Origin: Octopus bimaculoides
Lineage: Eukaryota
Length of the DNA stretch: 64,000 nt
Direction: 5' to 3'
Assembly: GCF_001194135.2 (NCBI RefSeq)
Contig: NC_069004.1
Coordinates: forward strand, 25,137,887-25,201,886
The notes beneath the pieces were generated by a model. The model made no database searches. It worked only from the letters and a program-made list of their open reading frames with translations, and was not told the origin of the DNA. Below are positions 1 to 11,399 of this stretch, piece after piece; within the stretch, counting starts at the first letter, position 1; every line of letters begins with the position of its first letter. The translations under genes and the position numbers were made by a program.

Positions 1-39
1 TATATATATATATATAATAGGTACACGATCTCTTTTTAG

Positions 40-192
40 GACGGCAGTTTCAGCCATACAGCAAAACTTATCATTGATGTTGAAGACGTCGATGACCTGG
101 GACCTGTTTTCGACCAAAAGAATAGCAGTTTGAGTCTGGAGTTCTCCAAAACGCTCCCAATCTATATCTATAAAATCCAGTACAACTATACG
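40..192 (+). CDS. Cadherin-related protein, internal exon A (EC-EC linker)
   Basis: tctttttag|GAC acceptor and ACG|gtaagc donor; 153 nt, phase 0-0; DGSFSHTAKLIIDVEDVDDLGPVFDQKNSSLSLEFSKTLPIYIYKIQYNYT contains the cadherin linker DxDDxxPxF. Confidence 0.85.
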
Positions 193-2142
193 GTAAGCGA
201 CGAACGTCTACTTCCGCCTGCGTTTATGTGTGAGTGTGTGTGTGGGGGGGGGTTAAGATAATATAACATGCAACATGTATCTGTGTATGCATGCATGTAT
301 GTACGCATGTATGTGTGCAACGCATGTATGTATGTATGTCATACATGTATGTACGTGCGTGTGCAGGTATGTATGTATGTATGTATTGAAAAAGTGTGAA
401 GGCGCATCCGACGCACAATCATAGGGTCGAGAGATTGGTACAGAGCTGTGCGTTGTGACGTTGAGCAAGATACTTTATTTCACGTTCCTCCAGTGCACTC
501 ATCTGGCAAATGTGAGTAGTAACTGTAATTCCAAAGGGCCAGCCTTGTCACATTCTGTGTCACGCTGAATCTCCCGTCACATTCTGTGTCACGCTGAATC
601 TCCCGTCGTAACCACTGGAGTGCTAGTTTAATTGTTAAGTCACTGTTCGAATGAGCTAGTAATGCAGATGACTAACCAATGATACGAGTTTCTCATAAAC
701 TCATGTATATCCAAGTTCTAACAAAATATTATACTCCATTTGTCCTCTATATTTCTTTTGGTATTCTATGCATTTGAATAATTTACAGAATTTATACCCG
801 AAAGCAGAATGAAATAGGTTTAGCTTCACATCTGCTATTATCGAAATATATATTAAATCTTCAGTTTGTTCTGCTCTCGGGCACATATATGAATATATAT
901 ATGTATGTGTGTGTGAGTGTGTGTGTGTGTGTGTGAGAGAGAGAGACAGAGCATGTGTGTACATGCACACATGCATATATATATATANNNNNNNNNNNNN
1001 NNNNNNNNNNNNNNNNNNNNNNNNNNNNNNNNNNNNNNNNNNNNNNNNNNNNNNNNNNNNNNNNNNNNNNNNNNNNNNNNNNNNNNNNNNNNNNNNNNNN
1101 NNNNNNNNNNNNNNNNNNNNNNNNNNNNNNNNNNNNNNNNNNNNNNNNNNNNNNNNNNNNNNNNNNNNNNNNNNNNNNNNNNNNNNNNNNNNNNNNNNNN
1201 NNNNNNNNNNNNNNNNNNNNNNNNNNNNNNNNNNNNNNNNNNNNNNNNNNNNNNNNNNNNNNNNNNNNNNNNNNNNNNNNNNNNNNNNNNNNNNTATATA
1301 TATATATATATATATGCACATAGATGCGCGCGCGTGTGTGTATTAACGGTGCGTAATTTATGTATGCATGTATGGATATATATTAACGGTGGAAAAAGAC
1401 AACTCTACCAATAATAGCGAGTCAAACTTTAGGCGAAGATCTTCGAAGGAAAGAGTCGAAGACCGCCCGTCGGACTGGAACCAATATTTTCTGAAAAGGT
1501 GACAGATGTTATACCAAAACAATCCTTCGAATTTATAACTCCATTTCAGAAGCTTTATTCTTACCAGCATGAATGGCATATTTCTAAATTCTAAATGCTT
1601 ATGGCATAAGCGACTTTCAGTTCACGTTTGTAACAACCAAGCTTCCAAAATTTAACGAAAAAATCGGATTCTTTTACTATAGTGATAGAACGTCTGTCTT
1701 ATTTACAGATATGGGTTCGAATTCCGCGGGCAGTGTGAGACGTTTTCCATCCAAGGTTGTTTTAACTCTTAATATGTACACACTATACAAGGAGACGGGC
1801 TGGCAGAATCGTAAGCACAGCGGACAGAATGCTTAGCAGCATTTCGTCCGTCTTTACGTTCTCAGTGTAAATTCCGCCGAGGTCACCTTTTGTCTCTCAT
1901 CTTTTCGGTGTCGATAAAGTAAAAACCAGTTGAGCACTAGCGGTCGATGAAAATGTCATACCACCTCCCCTGAAATTGGGGGACCATGTGCCAAAATTTA
2001 AAATCAATATTTACATGCAATTATTCCATAAGGCAAAGATCCATTACTGAGTTACATGAGCGAGCTGGTCTCCACTGGATCCCTCTGCAGCAGTGGTATA
2101 TACATATGTGAGTGGGACCGTGTGTGTGTTTTGGTGCGTTGT

Positions 2143-2814
2143 TACTGGTGTTGTTTCGTGACAGACATTTATTTCTTCATATTATTGCAATAGAGAAGAA
2201 CTGCAGTAAAATGTTCAACACATTTAGGGCAGGAGTGGCTGTGTGCTAGGAAGCTTGATAAGGCGGCGAGCTGGCAGAAACGTTAGCACGCCAGGCGAAA
2301 TGCTTAGCGGTATTTCGTCTGCCGCTACGTTCTGAGTTCAAATTCCGCCGAGGTCGACTTAGCCTTTCATCCTATCGGGGTTGATTAAATAAGTACCAGT
2401 TACGCACTGGGGTCGATGTAATCGACTTAATCCGTTTGTCTGTCCTTGTTTGTCCCCTCTATGCTTAGCCCCTNNNNNNNNNNTACTGGTGTTGTTTCGT
2501 GACAGACATTTATTTCTTCATATTATTGCAATAGAGAAGAACTGCAGTAAAATGTTCAACACATTTAGGGCAGGAGTGGCTGTGTGCTAGGAAGCTTGAT
2601 AAGGCGGCGAGCTGGCAGAAACGTTAGCACGCCAGGCGAAATGCTTAGCGGTATTTCGTCTGCCGCTACGTTCTGAGTTCAAATTCCGCCGAGGTCGACT
2701 TAGCCTTTCATCCTATCGGGGTTGATTAAATAAGTACCAGTTACGCACTGGGGTCGATGTAATCGACTTAATCCGTTTGTCTGTCCTTGTTTGTCCCCTC
2801 TATGCTTAGCCCCT
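2143..2814. other. Exact 331-bp duplication across a 10-N gap (probable contig-overlap artefact)
   Basis: 2143-2473 and 2484-2814 read identically and flank a minimal gap. Confidence 0.75.
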
Positions 2815-2834
2815 TGTGGGCAATAAAGAAATAA
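2599..2834 (+). mobile_element. tRNA-derived SINE family A inserted into a family B SINE
   Basis: Head ggcggcgagctggcagaaacgttagc, B-box gagttcaaattcc, central ctttcatcc..ggggt.gat.aaataagtaccag (Deu/Nin-domain-like, inferred); TSD GAAGCTTG at 2591-2598 and 2835-2842. Confidence 0.85.
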
Positions 2835-3289
2835 GAAGCTTGCTTCCCAACCACATGATACCGGGTTCAGTCCCATTGGGCACCATAGGCAAGTGTCTTC
2901 TATAGCCTCGGGTCAACCAAAGCCTTGTGAGTGGATTTGGTAGACGGAAACTGACAGAAGCCAGTCGTTAGTACATGTGTGTGTTCGCGCACGCGCGCGT
3001 CTTTGTATGTCTGTGTTTGTCCCCCCCACCATCGTTTAACAATCGTTTGTTCGACTAAATGCATGCTCCACCATGGCCGCAGTGAAATGACTGAAACAAG
3101 TAAAAGAATAATAGAACATTTATGACTGTGAATGCGTGTTCGTGTGGTAAAATAAGAAAAGAGGTCTGGCGCATGCTTGTCGTTCCACTGCCTGCGGTTT
3201 GATCTCACTGAGGGCTACTTTGGACACGAATTCACCAATGCTTAGTGGAATTTGTTAGAGAAACGTTGCTCTAAATTTTGCTGCAAATA

Positions 3290-3330
<41 letters not shown>

Positions 3331-3422
3331 ATACACACAAACACACATACACACAGATAGATAAATATGTGTGTATGTATGTAGAATGATCCATGAATTA
3401 TTTTACAAATGCATAAATACAA

Positions 3423-3453
<31 letters not shown>

Positions 3454-4534
3454 TTCAAACCAATAAACAATCATTCCGATTCAAATAACTATATGTTAGA
3501 AGTGATTCTAATGATACTTTACAGTAAACCAACAGTTAGAGGGTTTCGACAAAGCTATCAGATTTCGCACTGGAACTCAACTGTGTGCACGCATTCTTCT
3601 GGCAGAAACGGAAAATCATAAAGTTAACCCTTCCTCTTTTTTCATTAATATATATATATATATATATATANNNNNNNNNNNNNNNNNNNNNNNNNNNNNN
3701 NNNNNNNNNNNNNNNNNNNNNNNNNNNNNNNNNNNNNNNNNNNNNNNNNNNNNNNNNNNNNNNNNNNNNNNNNNNNNNNNNNNNNNNNNNNNNNNNNNNN
3801 NNNNNNNNNNNNNNNNNNNNNNNNNNNNNNNNNNNNNNNNNNNNNNNNNNNNNNNNNNNNNNNNNNNNNNNNNNNNNNNNNNNNNNNNNNNNNNNNNNNN
3901 NNNNNNNNNNNNNNNNNNNNNNNNNNNNNNNNNNNNNNNNNNNNNNNNNNNNNNNNNNNNNNNNNNNNNNNNNNNNNNNNNNNNNNNNNNNNNNNNNNNN
4001 NNNNNNNNNNNNNNNNNNNNNNNNNNNNNNNNNNNNNNNNNNNNNNNNNNNNNNNNNNNNNNNNNNNNNNNNNNNNNNNNNNNNNNNNNNNNNNNNNNNN
4101 NNNNNNNNNNNNNNNNNNNNNNNNNNNNNNNNNNNNNNNNNNNNNNNNNNNNNNNNNNNNNNNNNNNNNNNNNNNNNNNNNNNNNNNNNNNNNNNNNNNN
4201 NNNNNNNNNNNNNNNNNNNNNNNNNNNNNNNNNNNNNNNNNNNNNNNNNNNNNNNNNNNNNNNNNNNNNNNNNNNNNNNNNNNNNNNNNNNNNNNNNNNN
4301 NNNNNNNNNNNNNNNNNNNNNNNNNNNNNNNNNNNNNNNNNNNNNNNNNNNNNNNNNNNNNNNNNNNNNNNNNNNNNNNNNNNNNNNNNNNNNNNNNNNN
4401 NNNNNNNNNNNNNNNNNNNNNNNNNNNNNNNNNNNNNNNNNNNNNNNNNNNNNNGTGGGTGGGTGGGTATGTGTGGGTGAGTATAAAATGATTTCAATTA
4501 TCTTTTTACGTTTTGCTTCTCCCTCCAATTGCAG

Positions 4535-4619
4535 GGTGAAATCACTGTTTGTCCAGAAGCTGTCAAAGCAGTCGATGTTGAGAAAGAACATTATAATGTT
4601 AAATATTCTCTTGAAACTG
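4535..4619 (+). CDS. Cadherin-related protein, exon B
   Basis: ctccctccaattgcag|GGT acceptor and G|gtttgt donor; 85 nt, phase 0-1; GEITVCPEAVKAVDVEKEHYNVKYSLET matches the cadherin 'P..v.A.D.D....v.Ysi' segment and joins exon A in frame. Confidence 0.85.
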
Positions 4620-4967
4620 GTTTGTATTTTACATTCAGAGCCTTAATTCATATTTCACCTTCAGCTTCATTTCTGTCTTGAACATAACCATTTAACTGTG
4701 GATAAGCTACCAGTGACAGGAGCTGCTCTGTCCTGTATGGTACCCTTGTACATCACTGATATAATGGTGAGAGTGACAGCCAGAACAGACTCCTCCGGGT
4801 CTGGATTTGTGACAAGCTATCACAGAAGTGCTTAAAAAAAGAAACATTTTAAGTAAGATAAAATGCTTTAGATGTGTGGTATAGCAATAGAGGCCATAAA
4901 GCATAAAACATAACCATACACGAGTGGATTTTGTAGTAGTTAACTGAAAGAAGCCCGTCCTATATAT

Positions 4968-5022
<55 letters not shown>

Positions 5023-5999
5023 NNNNNNNNNNNNNNNNNNNNNNNNNNNNNNNNNNNNNNNNNNNNNNNNNNNNNNNNNNNNNNNNNNNNNNNNNNNNNN
5101 NNNNNNNNNNNNNNNNNNNNNNNNNNNNNNNNNNNNNNNNNNNNNNNNNNNNNNNNNNNNNNNNNNNNNNNNNNNNNNNNNNNNNNNNNNNNNNNNNNNN
5201 NNNNNNNNNNNNNNNNNNNNNNNNNNNNNNNNNNNNNNNNNNNNNNNNNNNNNNNNNNNNNNNNNNNNNNNNNNNNNNNNNNNNNNNNNNNNNNNNNNNN
5301 NNNNNNNNNNNNNNNNNNNNNNNNNNNNNNNNNNNNNNNNNNNNNNNNNNNNNNNNNNNNNNNNNNNNNNNNNNNNNNNNNNNNNNNNNNNNNNNNNNNN
5401 NNNNNNNNNNNNNNNNNNNNNNNNNNNNNNNNNNNNNNNNNNNNNNNNNNNNNNNNNNNNNNNNNNNNNNNNNNNNNNNNNNNNNNNNNNNNNNNNNNNN
5501 NNNNNNNNNNNNNNNNNNNNNNNNNNNNNNNNNNNNNNNNNNNNNNNNNNNNNNNNNNNNNNNNNNNNNNNNNNNNNNNNNNNNNNNNNNNNNNNNNNNN
5601 NNNNNNNNNNNNNNNNNNNNNNNNNNNNNNNNNNNNNNNNNNNNNNNNNNNNNNNNNNNNNNNNNNNNNNNNNNNNNNNNNNNNNNNNNNNNNNNNNNNN
5701 NNNNNNNNNNNNNNNNNNNNNNNNNNNNNNNNNNNNNNNNNNNNNNNNNNNNNNNNNNNNNNNNNNNNNNNNNNNNNNNNNNNNNNNNNNNATATATGCA
5801 TACAACGGGCTTCTTTCAGTTTTCGCCTACCAGATAAACTCACAAGGCTTTGGTCGGCCCGAGGCTAAAGTAGAAGACACTTGCCCAAGACGCCACGCAG
5901 TGGGAGAGAATCCGGACTATGTGGTTGGGGAGAAAGCCTCTTACCACACAGCCAATCTTGCACCTATATATATATATTAAAAAAAAAATTATATGTTTC

Positions 6000-6190
6000 A
6001 ATCATTTGACTGCGGCCATGCTGGAGCACCGCCTTTAGTCGAGAAAATAGACCCCAAGACTTATTCTTTGTAAGCCTAGTACTTATTCTATCGGTCTCTC
6101 CTTCCGAATCGCTAAGTGATGGGGACGCAAACACACCAGCATCAGTTGTCAAGCGATGTTGTGGGGACAAATACAGACACACAAATATAT

Positions 6191-6247
<57 letters not shown>

Positions 6248-6400
6248 CGACGGGCTTCTTTCAGTTTCCGTCTACCAAATCCACTCACAATGCTTTGTTC
6301 GGCCCGAGGCTATAGTAGAAGACACTTACCCAAGGTGCCACGCAGTGTGACTGAACTAGGAACCATGTGGTTGGAAAGCAAGCTACTTACCACTCAGCCA
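6000..6400 (-). mobile_element. Composite SINE family B (tRNA/CORE-like head, microsatellite, conserved tail)
   Basis: Head ..agcttgctt(t/c)ccaaccacatggttc..gtggcaccttgggtaagtgtc, internal (TA)n(TG)n, tail gcggtgctccagcatggccgcagtcaaatga. Other copies at ~9030-9190, 9790-9995, 33815-34325, 44000-45370, 46355-46785, 58035-58140, 61170-61370 (+) and 5800-5965, 29370-29750, 32420-32600, 39185-39570, 47450-47850, 54285-54620 (-). Confidence 0.85.
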
Positions 6401-6631
6401 AAATAAAATACCACAATATATTAGATGAATTATAATATAGGTGGCCCGTTAGCAATTAAAACCTAAAGATAAATTAACACACAGAGCTAAAAAAATTAGT
6501 ACCGGTATTGCTACAAATAAGATTCAAAGCCGACAAATAAGATTCAAGGTACTAATCTGATGAGTCCACGAAAAGCGAGCTAAAGCACCATTCTATGGTG
6601 AGATAAACTCACAAAATGAAGTAAAGAAATA

Positions 6632-6690
6632 TATCCTTCTCACGTGATTTCGAACTCTGATAATAAGAGCTTAGTTCTCATCAGAGGTAC
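6632..6690 (-). ncRNA. Degenerate hammerhead ribozyme motif
   Basis: Minus strand: CTGATGA-GAACT...AGTTC-GAAA-TCACGTGA (palindromic helix III), but U16.1 appears replaced by G and helix I has only ~3 bp. Confidence 0.35.
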
Positions 6691-6758
6691 TTGCTGATAT
6701 TCCGGGTTAAAAAGGGTAGCTCACCTCGTTCAACTCATGAGAAAAACCATTGCGCCTC

Positions 6759-6790
<32 letters not shown>

Positions 6791-7424
6791 ACATATGTGT
6801 ATATAAATATGCGTGTATATATGTGTGTGTGTCTGTGTGTGTTGTGTATCGGCAAGACAGACATAAGTTTACAGATTGACACGATCAATAATTTCCCTAC
6901 AAGATAAATCTACGCGATGAGTATATTTTTATGTAATACAATACATAAACGATAACCACTCGCATATTCGATGTTATTACAGATTTCTTTTCCATTACAT
7001 TTCTTTCCTTGTTTTTTGTTTTCTTTATTTATTAATGTTTGTTTTTTTTTATTGTTGTTCTTCTTCTTTCGCTATAATTACAATTCTGTATGTCTAATTA
7101 CGTGGAAATATCCTTAGATGATGAGATATTATTTTGGGTAGTCTAAACGATAATCGTATTATGATGCGAAAAGGGAAATCACACGGCACAACGGCGGGAC
7201 GTCGCTTCCACTCCAGACAAAGAACTAGAAGTGATAAGAAAAGAAATTATTCAAGCGTGATATACAGCGTAAACAGAAGCTAATAATTAAATTCATTTTC
7301 TATAAGAAACCATTTTTTTTCTCGTCGTACAATGAAAATCCAAGTTAAAGGGAGCAATCAGACGATGTGATTTCCATATCTATTGAGGTTAGTTGAATGT
7401 TTAGATGTTAATATGTTGCCTAGT

Positions 7425-7885
7425 AGAAAAGGCACCGAGCTGGTTGAATCATTAGCAAGCCGGACAATGTGCTTAGCGGCATTTCGTCCTTCCTTACGTT
7501 CTGAGTGCAAATTCCGTCAAGTTGACTTTGCCTTTCATCCATTCGGAGTCGATAAAATAAGTACCGGTTGAGCACTGGGGTCGATGTAATCGACTTACTC
7601 CCTTCCTTATGAAATTGTTGGCCTTGTGCCAAATTTTGAAATCAATGTTTTTTCTTAATAGACAAGTCGGTGAGCTGGCTGAATCGATAGCAAGTCGGAC
7701 AATGTGCTTAGCGGCATTTCGTCCGTCTTTACGTTCTGAGTTCAAATTTCGTCGAGATCGAACTTTGTCTTTCATCCTTTCGGGATCGATAAAATAAGTA
7801 CGATTTGAGCATTGGGGTCGATGTAATTGACTTAACCCATCTCACCAAATTGCTGGATTTGTGCCAAAACTTGAAACCAATATGT
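7425..7885 (+). mobile_element. Two tandem SINE family A copies
   Basis: Two heads (~7429 and ~7665), each with the gagt(g/t)caaatt box and aagtac core. Further family A copies at ~1792-2010, 18805-18975, 22325-22510, 24308-24690, 40507-40745, 41300-41760, 48745-48965 (+) and 31020-31260, 35640-36040, 41115-41270, 48590-48720, 63370-63620 (-). Confidence 0.85.
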
Positions 7886-9297
7886 TGCTAGTAGGCCTTA
7901 AATTGACAGAACCTGAGGATCGTCACACAGATTGCCTTGTGGTTACTCGTCCCGGTACTCTGTGCTCTGAGTTCAAATACCACCCTAGTCTACTTTGTCT
8001 TTCAGTCTTTATGGATCGAAATCATCCTTTGCTTATTTCGATTCTTCTCTTTAGAACATTCTATGTAAGAGTAATATAATAGTCCGTATATAAAAGTCTG
8101 TACAGTTCATGCACATGGGCTATTATTGCACCTATATTGAAGTTAATAAGATTATGTCAGAGGTAACCTGTATAAAACAGTTGGACTGACCACGTACGAG
8201 GGACTTGGTGTCCCCTAGATGAAAGTAAGATCAGACTATGTAAGAGGCAAAGGGTATGTCATATATAAAAGTTAGTACAAAGTATGTAAGAAGGCAAAGG
8301 TAAAATGGTAACGACGTCCTTTGGTCATGAATGAGCATGAGACTGCATCTAGAGAGTTTCCGTCCGAGGCACAAGCGCGGGCAAGGTTGTTTGTGGAAGA
8401 CCAGCAGTTGCCCATGCAAACCAGTCACCCCTCTCCGCCGCATGGATGTTGTCCAGGAGAAAGATCGATATAGCTTGGCACCAGTGACGTCGCAACTCAT
8501 TTCTACAGCTGAGTAAACTGGAACAGCGTGAAATAAAGTGTCTTGCTCAAGAACACAGCACACATCCTAGTCCGGAAATCGAACTCACAATCTCATGATT
8601 GTAAGCCCGATGTTCAAACCATTGAGTCATGTGCCTTCACGAAAGCTAGGGTAGCCTCGGTAATATTCCAAATCTTACACGAATATGTTTGACACAAAAC
8701 ATTGGTGCCAAATCAGCAAAGTCTTAAAATCAAACATGCCATCTCATTTTTTCTTCTACGCATAATTGTGCCTCGCCTCCTACGAATAGATTGTTTCTCG
8801 ATCAGCTGACAGAGTAGCTGTCGTAACAAAAACTGTTGTGTATCAATGCATGGTACGAATTACTAAATATAAATAATGGTATATTTATGATATTTTATGT
8901 TACTTTAAAAGATGTTAGGGTAAGAAACATTTAAGGGGGATTCCAAAAATATGGACTTCTCAACGAAATAAGTAGTAAGTGAAGTATAGGAATTTCCATG
9001 GTAACAGTGGACTGGGAAGGACATAGATGTTAGGCATGACTGTGTGGTCAGAAGCTTGCTTCCAAACCACATGGTTCTGGGTTCAGTCCCCCTGGGAGGT
9101 ACCTTGAGCAAGTATCTTCCACTATAGCTTCAAGCCGATCAAAGCCTTGTCAGTGGATTTGGTAGACGGAAACTGAAATAAGTCCGTCGTATATATATAT
9201 ACGTATGTATGTATGTATGTATGTATGTATGTATGTATGTATGTATGTATGTATACGTATATATGTGTGTGCGTGTGTGTGTGTGTGTTTGTGTGTA

Positions 9298-9337
<40 letters not shown>

Positions 9338-9533
9338 TATATATATATACATATATAAACAATTTATCTTAAATCTCTGAGTGAGATATATACAGTAACA
9401 GTACCGAATAGTAATGTTTATATGCCATAAATGACGATATTATTGTTGTTTTAGCCCCAGTAAAACGTCTCTTCTAGCTGGAATATATAGCATTTGTGAG
9501 AGGAGAGAACTTTCGTCACTAGCTTGTGATTAT

Positions 9534-9579
9534 CTCACACTGAGGACGGGTAAGCACCCACAAACCTAAGGTCTGTGAG
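9534..9579 (+). ncRNA. Hammerhead ribozyme motif, G12 mutated (homolog of the 56-kb unit)
   Basis: CTCACA-CTGAGGA-C-GGGT aagc ACCC-A-cAAA-CCTAAG-GTC-TGTGAG; helix I 6 bp, helix II 4 bp, GUC site; GAAA reads CAAA. Confidence 0.6.
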
Positions 9580-10112
9580 TATCACGTGAGGCGAGAGATG
9601 GGAGAGATTACCTGCCTTGCAAATTGCTATACGACACAATGTGTGTGTCGATAGCCCGCTGGAAAAGATGTTTTCCAGGGGCTAAAACAACAGTAACATC
9701 GTCCTTTATAGGACTGCCACATTCTGTTGGCATATAAACATTGCTACATGTGTTTGTGTGTGTGTGTGCGTATGTATACATTTATATGTGCGTCTCTGTG
9801 TCTGTATTTCTCCGTCGCACCATCGCTGGAAAACAAATGTTGGTATGTTTACGTCCCTGTAATCTAGCGCTTCGTTTAAGAGATCGATAGATTAAGTAGC
9901 AGACTTACAAAGAATAAGTCCAGTGGTCGATTCTTTCGACTAAAAGGCAGTGCTCCAGTCTTGCCACAATCAAATGACTGAAACAAGTAAAAGACTAAAT
10001 GAATATATATATAAACAATAATATAACAACAAATGAATGAATGAGACCGCGATGTTATCTAAATAGAGGAATTTATAATATAATATGTGACAATTAGTCG
10101 GTTGCCATAAAA

Positions 10113-10177
10113 AAAAAAAAACTCAGAGTTTCAGATGTCGGGCCGGAAGTCTGCTCCGACATCTCTTCAGTTGTTTT
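10113..10177 (-). ncRNA. Type-I hammerhead ribozyme (left arm of inverted pair)
   Basis: Minus strand: AAAACAA-CTGAAGA-GATGTCGG...CCGACATC-T-GAAA-CTCTGAG-TT-TTTTTTT; perfect 8-bp helix II, helix III ACTC-T-GAGT, weak helix I. Confidence 0.65.
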
Positions 10178-10239
10178 AATAACTGACGAGATGCCGGAGC
10201 AGATTCTCGCCCCGACATCCGAAACTCTGAGTTTTATTA
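10177..10239 (+). ncRNA. Type-I hammerhead ribozyme (right arm of inverted pair)
   Basis: TAATAA-CTGACGA-GATGCCGG...CCGACATC-C-GAAA-CTCTGAG-TT-TTATTA; helix I 6 bp, helix II 7/8 bp, helix III ACTC-T-GAGT, GUU triplet ending at 10233. Confidence 0.75.
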
Positions 10240-10352
10240 TGGCAACCGTCATATTATATTATAGGTAAATTCCTATATATATATATATACAACTTTACGA
10301 TGAAAGTAAACAAACAAAGTTTGTTCTTTTCTAGAAGCGTCGAGATGTATTG

Positions 10353-10637
10353 TAAGATACAGAAATAAATTTATTTCTGAAACGCGTGATAATACTATAA
10401 ATAGCGTGATCAGGATAAACTGAAGCTAAATTTATAAGTTCTAAAATTGCAGAAGAATTCGTTGCTGGGCAGTTTAGTTTAATGGTAAAACACTTGACCC
10501 GTAATCACAGATATGTGAGTTCGAGTCTCATGATTGGCCAGTAGCGTATTTTTCTGCAATAAATGGATAATTTATCCTGATTACGTTATTTATAGCATTA
10601 TCACGCGTTTGAGAAATAAATTTATTTCTGTATCTTA
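10353..10637. repeat. 67-bp inverted repeats enclosing a tRNA-like sequence
   Basis: Arms 10353-10419 and 10571-10637 are nearly identical; the spacer holds a tRNA-like 10466-10540 with T-arm GTGAG-TTCGAGT-CTCAT. Confidence 0.7.
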
Positions 10638-11035
10638 TATATATACACACACACGAGGGGTGCCTGTGTGTAATTTTTAATATAGACACAAGAACCAAAA
10701 TTTGGAGGCAGAGTCAGCTAATTAAACTGATTCGAGTATTTGATATTATTATCATGGGTGATCAAATTTGTGCTCGACGAGCTGTCTGTTCAGAAGGTTA
10801 AGAAATACCGCAATATCCACATATTGTACGACGTTCCTACGATTCTCTTTTACTTGTATCGCGTATCTAAAGGAAGTCTAGTTATATTACACGTGATATA
10901 CAGATAGTAATATTACTGCAGTGAAGAATGAGATATCTGTAGCCAAGTAACAAGTGGTTAAGTACAAGAAGGTTTTGCACCATCTGATACACTTTTAATA
11001 AGCAGACAATCAATAATTTGTGTTTTTTTTTTCAG

Positions 11036-11148
11036 CAACGCCGTTGATTCTAGTCAATTATTTCGCCATCGATAGTCATACAGGCCAAATGCGTCTGGAG
11101 AAAGAACTAACGAGGAATGTACCTCTTCCTGGTGTTATTATTATCAAG
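11036..11148 (+). CDS. Cadherin-related protein, exon C
   Basis: tttttttttttcag|CA acceptor and AAG|gtaggg donor; 113 nt, phase 1-0; (A)TPLILVNYFAIDSHTGQMRLEKELTRNVPLPGVIIIK carries the cadherin F.ID..TG.i motif; phase matches exon B. Confidence 0.85.
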
Positions 11149-11170
11149 GTAGGGTGAAAGACATGTATTT

Positions 11171-11247
11171 TCTTCTTCTTCTTCTTCTTCTTCTTCTTCT
11201 TCTTCTTCTTCTTCTTCTTCTTCTTCTTCTTCTTCTTCTTCTTCTTT
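11171..11247. repeat. (CTT)n microsatellite just downstream of the exon C donor
   Basis: Direct reading. Confidence 0.95.
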
Positions 11248-11399
11248 TCGATAGTAAGAATTCAAATATAGTAGCCCCGAAAAGGGCTTTAATACGTTCC
11301 CAGAGTCTATAGAACTTAGGAGCAAATACCAATAAGGTATGTATACTAAAATCGTGAAGCATGGTGGGTAATAACAGGCTAATCAGATATGAGATAATA

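Larger units (their letters stand above)
10067..10274. repeat. ~210-bp inverted repeat built from two HHR units
   Basis: Arms pair from aggaattt/aaattcct inward to cagtt/aactg around gttttaat. Confidence 0.9.

Noticed and set aside
1433-1498. Possible extra exon AKIFEGKSRRPPVGLEPIFSEK (tttag|...|gtgaca)
   Set aside because: Weak acceptor; exons A and B already join into a sensible cadherin repeat without it.
2143-2814. 331-bp tandem duplication as a biological event
   Set aside because: Identical copies flank a 10-N gap, typical of an unmerged contig overlap.
6551-6595. Plus-strand CTGATGA-GTCCAC-GAAA as an HHR
   Set aside because: Helix II would be 2 bp with a 2-nt loop, and helices I/III do not register.
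10368-10392. Palindrome followed by GAAACGCGTG as an HHR half
   Set aside because: No CUGANGA upstream, position 17 is G, and the mirror arm reads CAAACGCGT.
10466-10540. Functional tRNA gene
   Set aside because: Acceptor and anticodon stems are poorly paired; treated as a tRNA-like repeat component. SINE heads elsewhere are likewise not tRNA genes.
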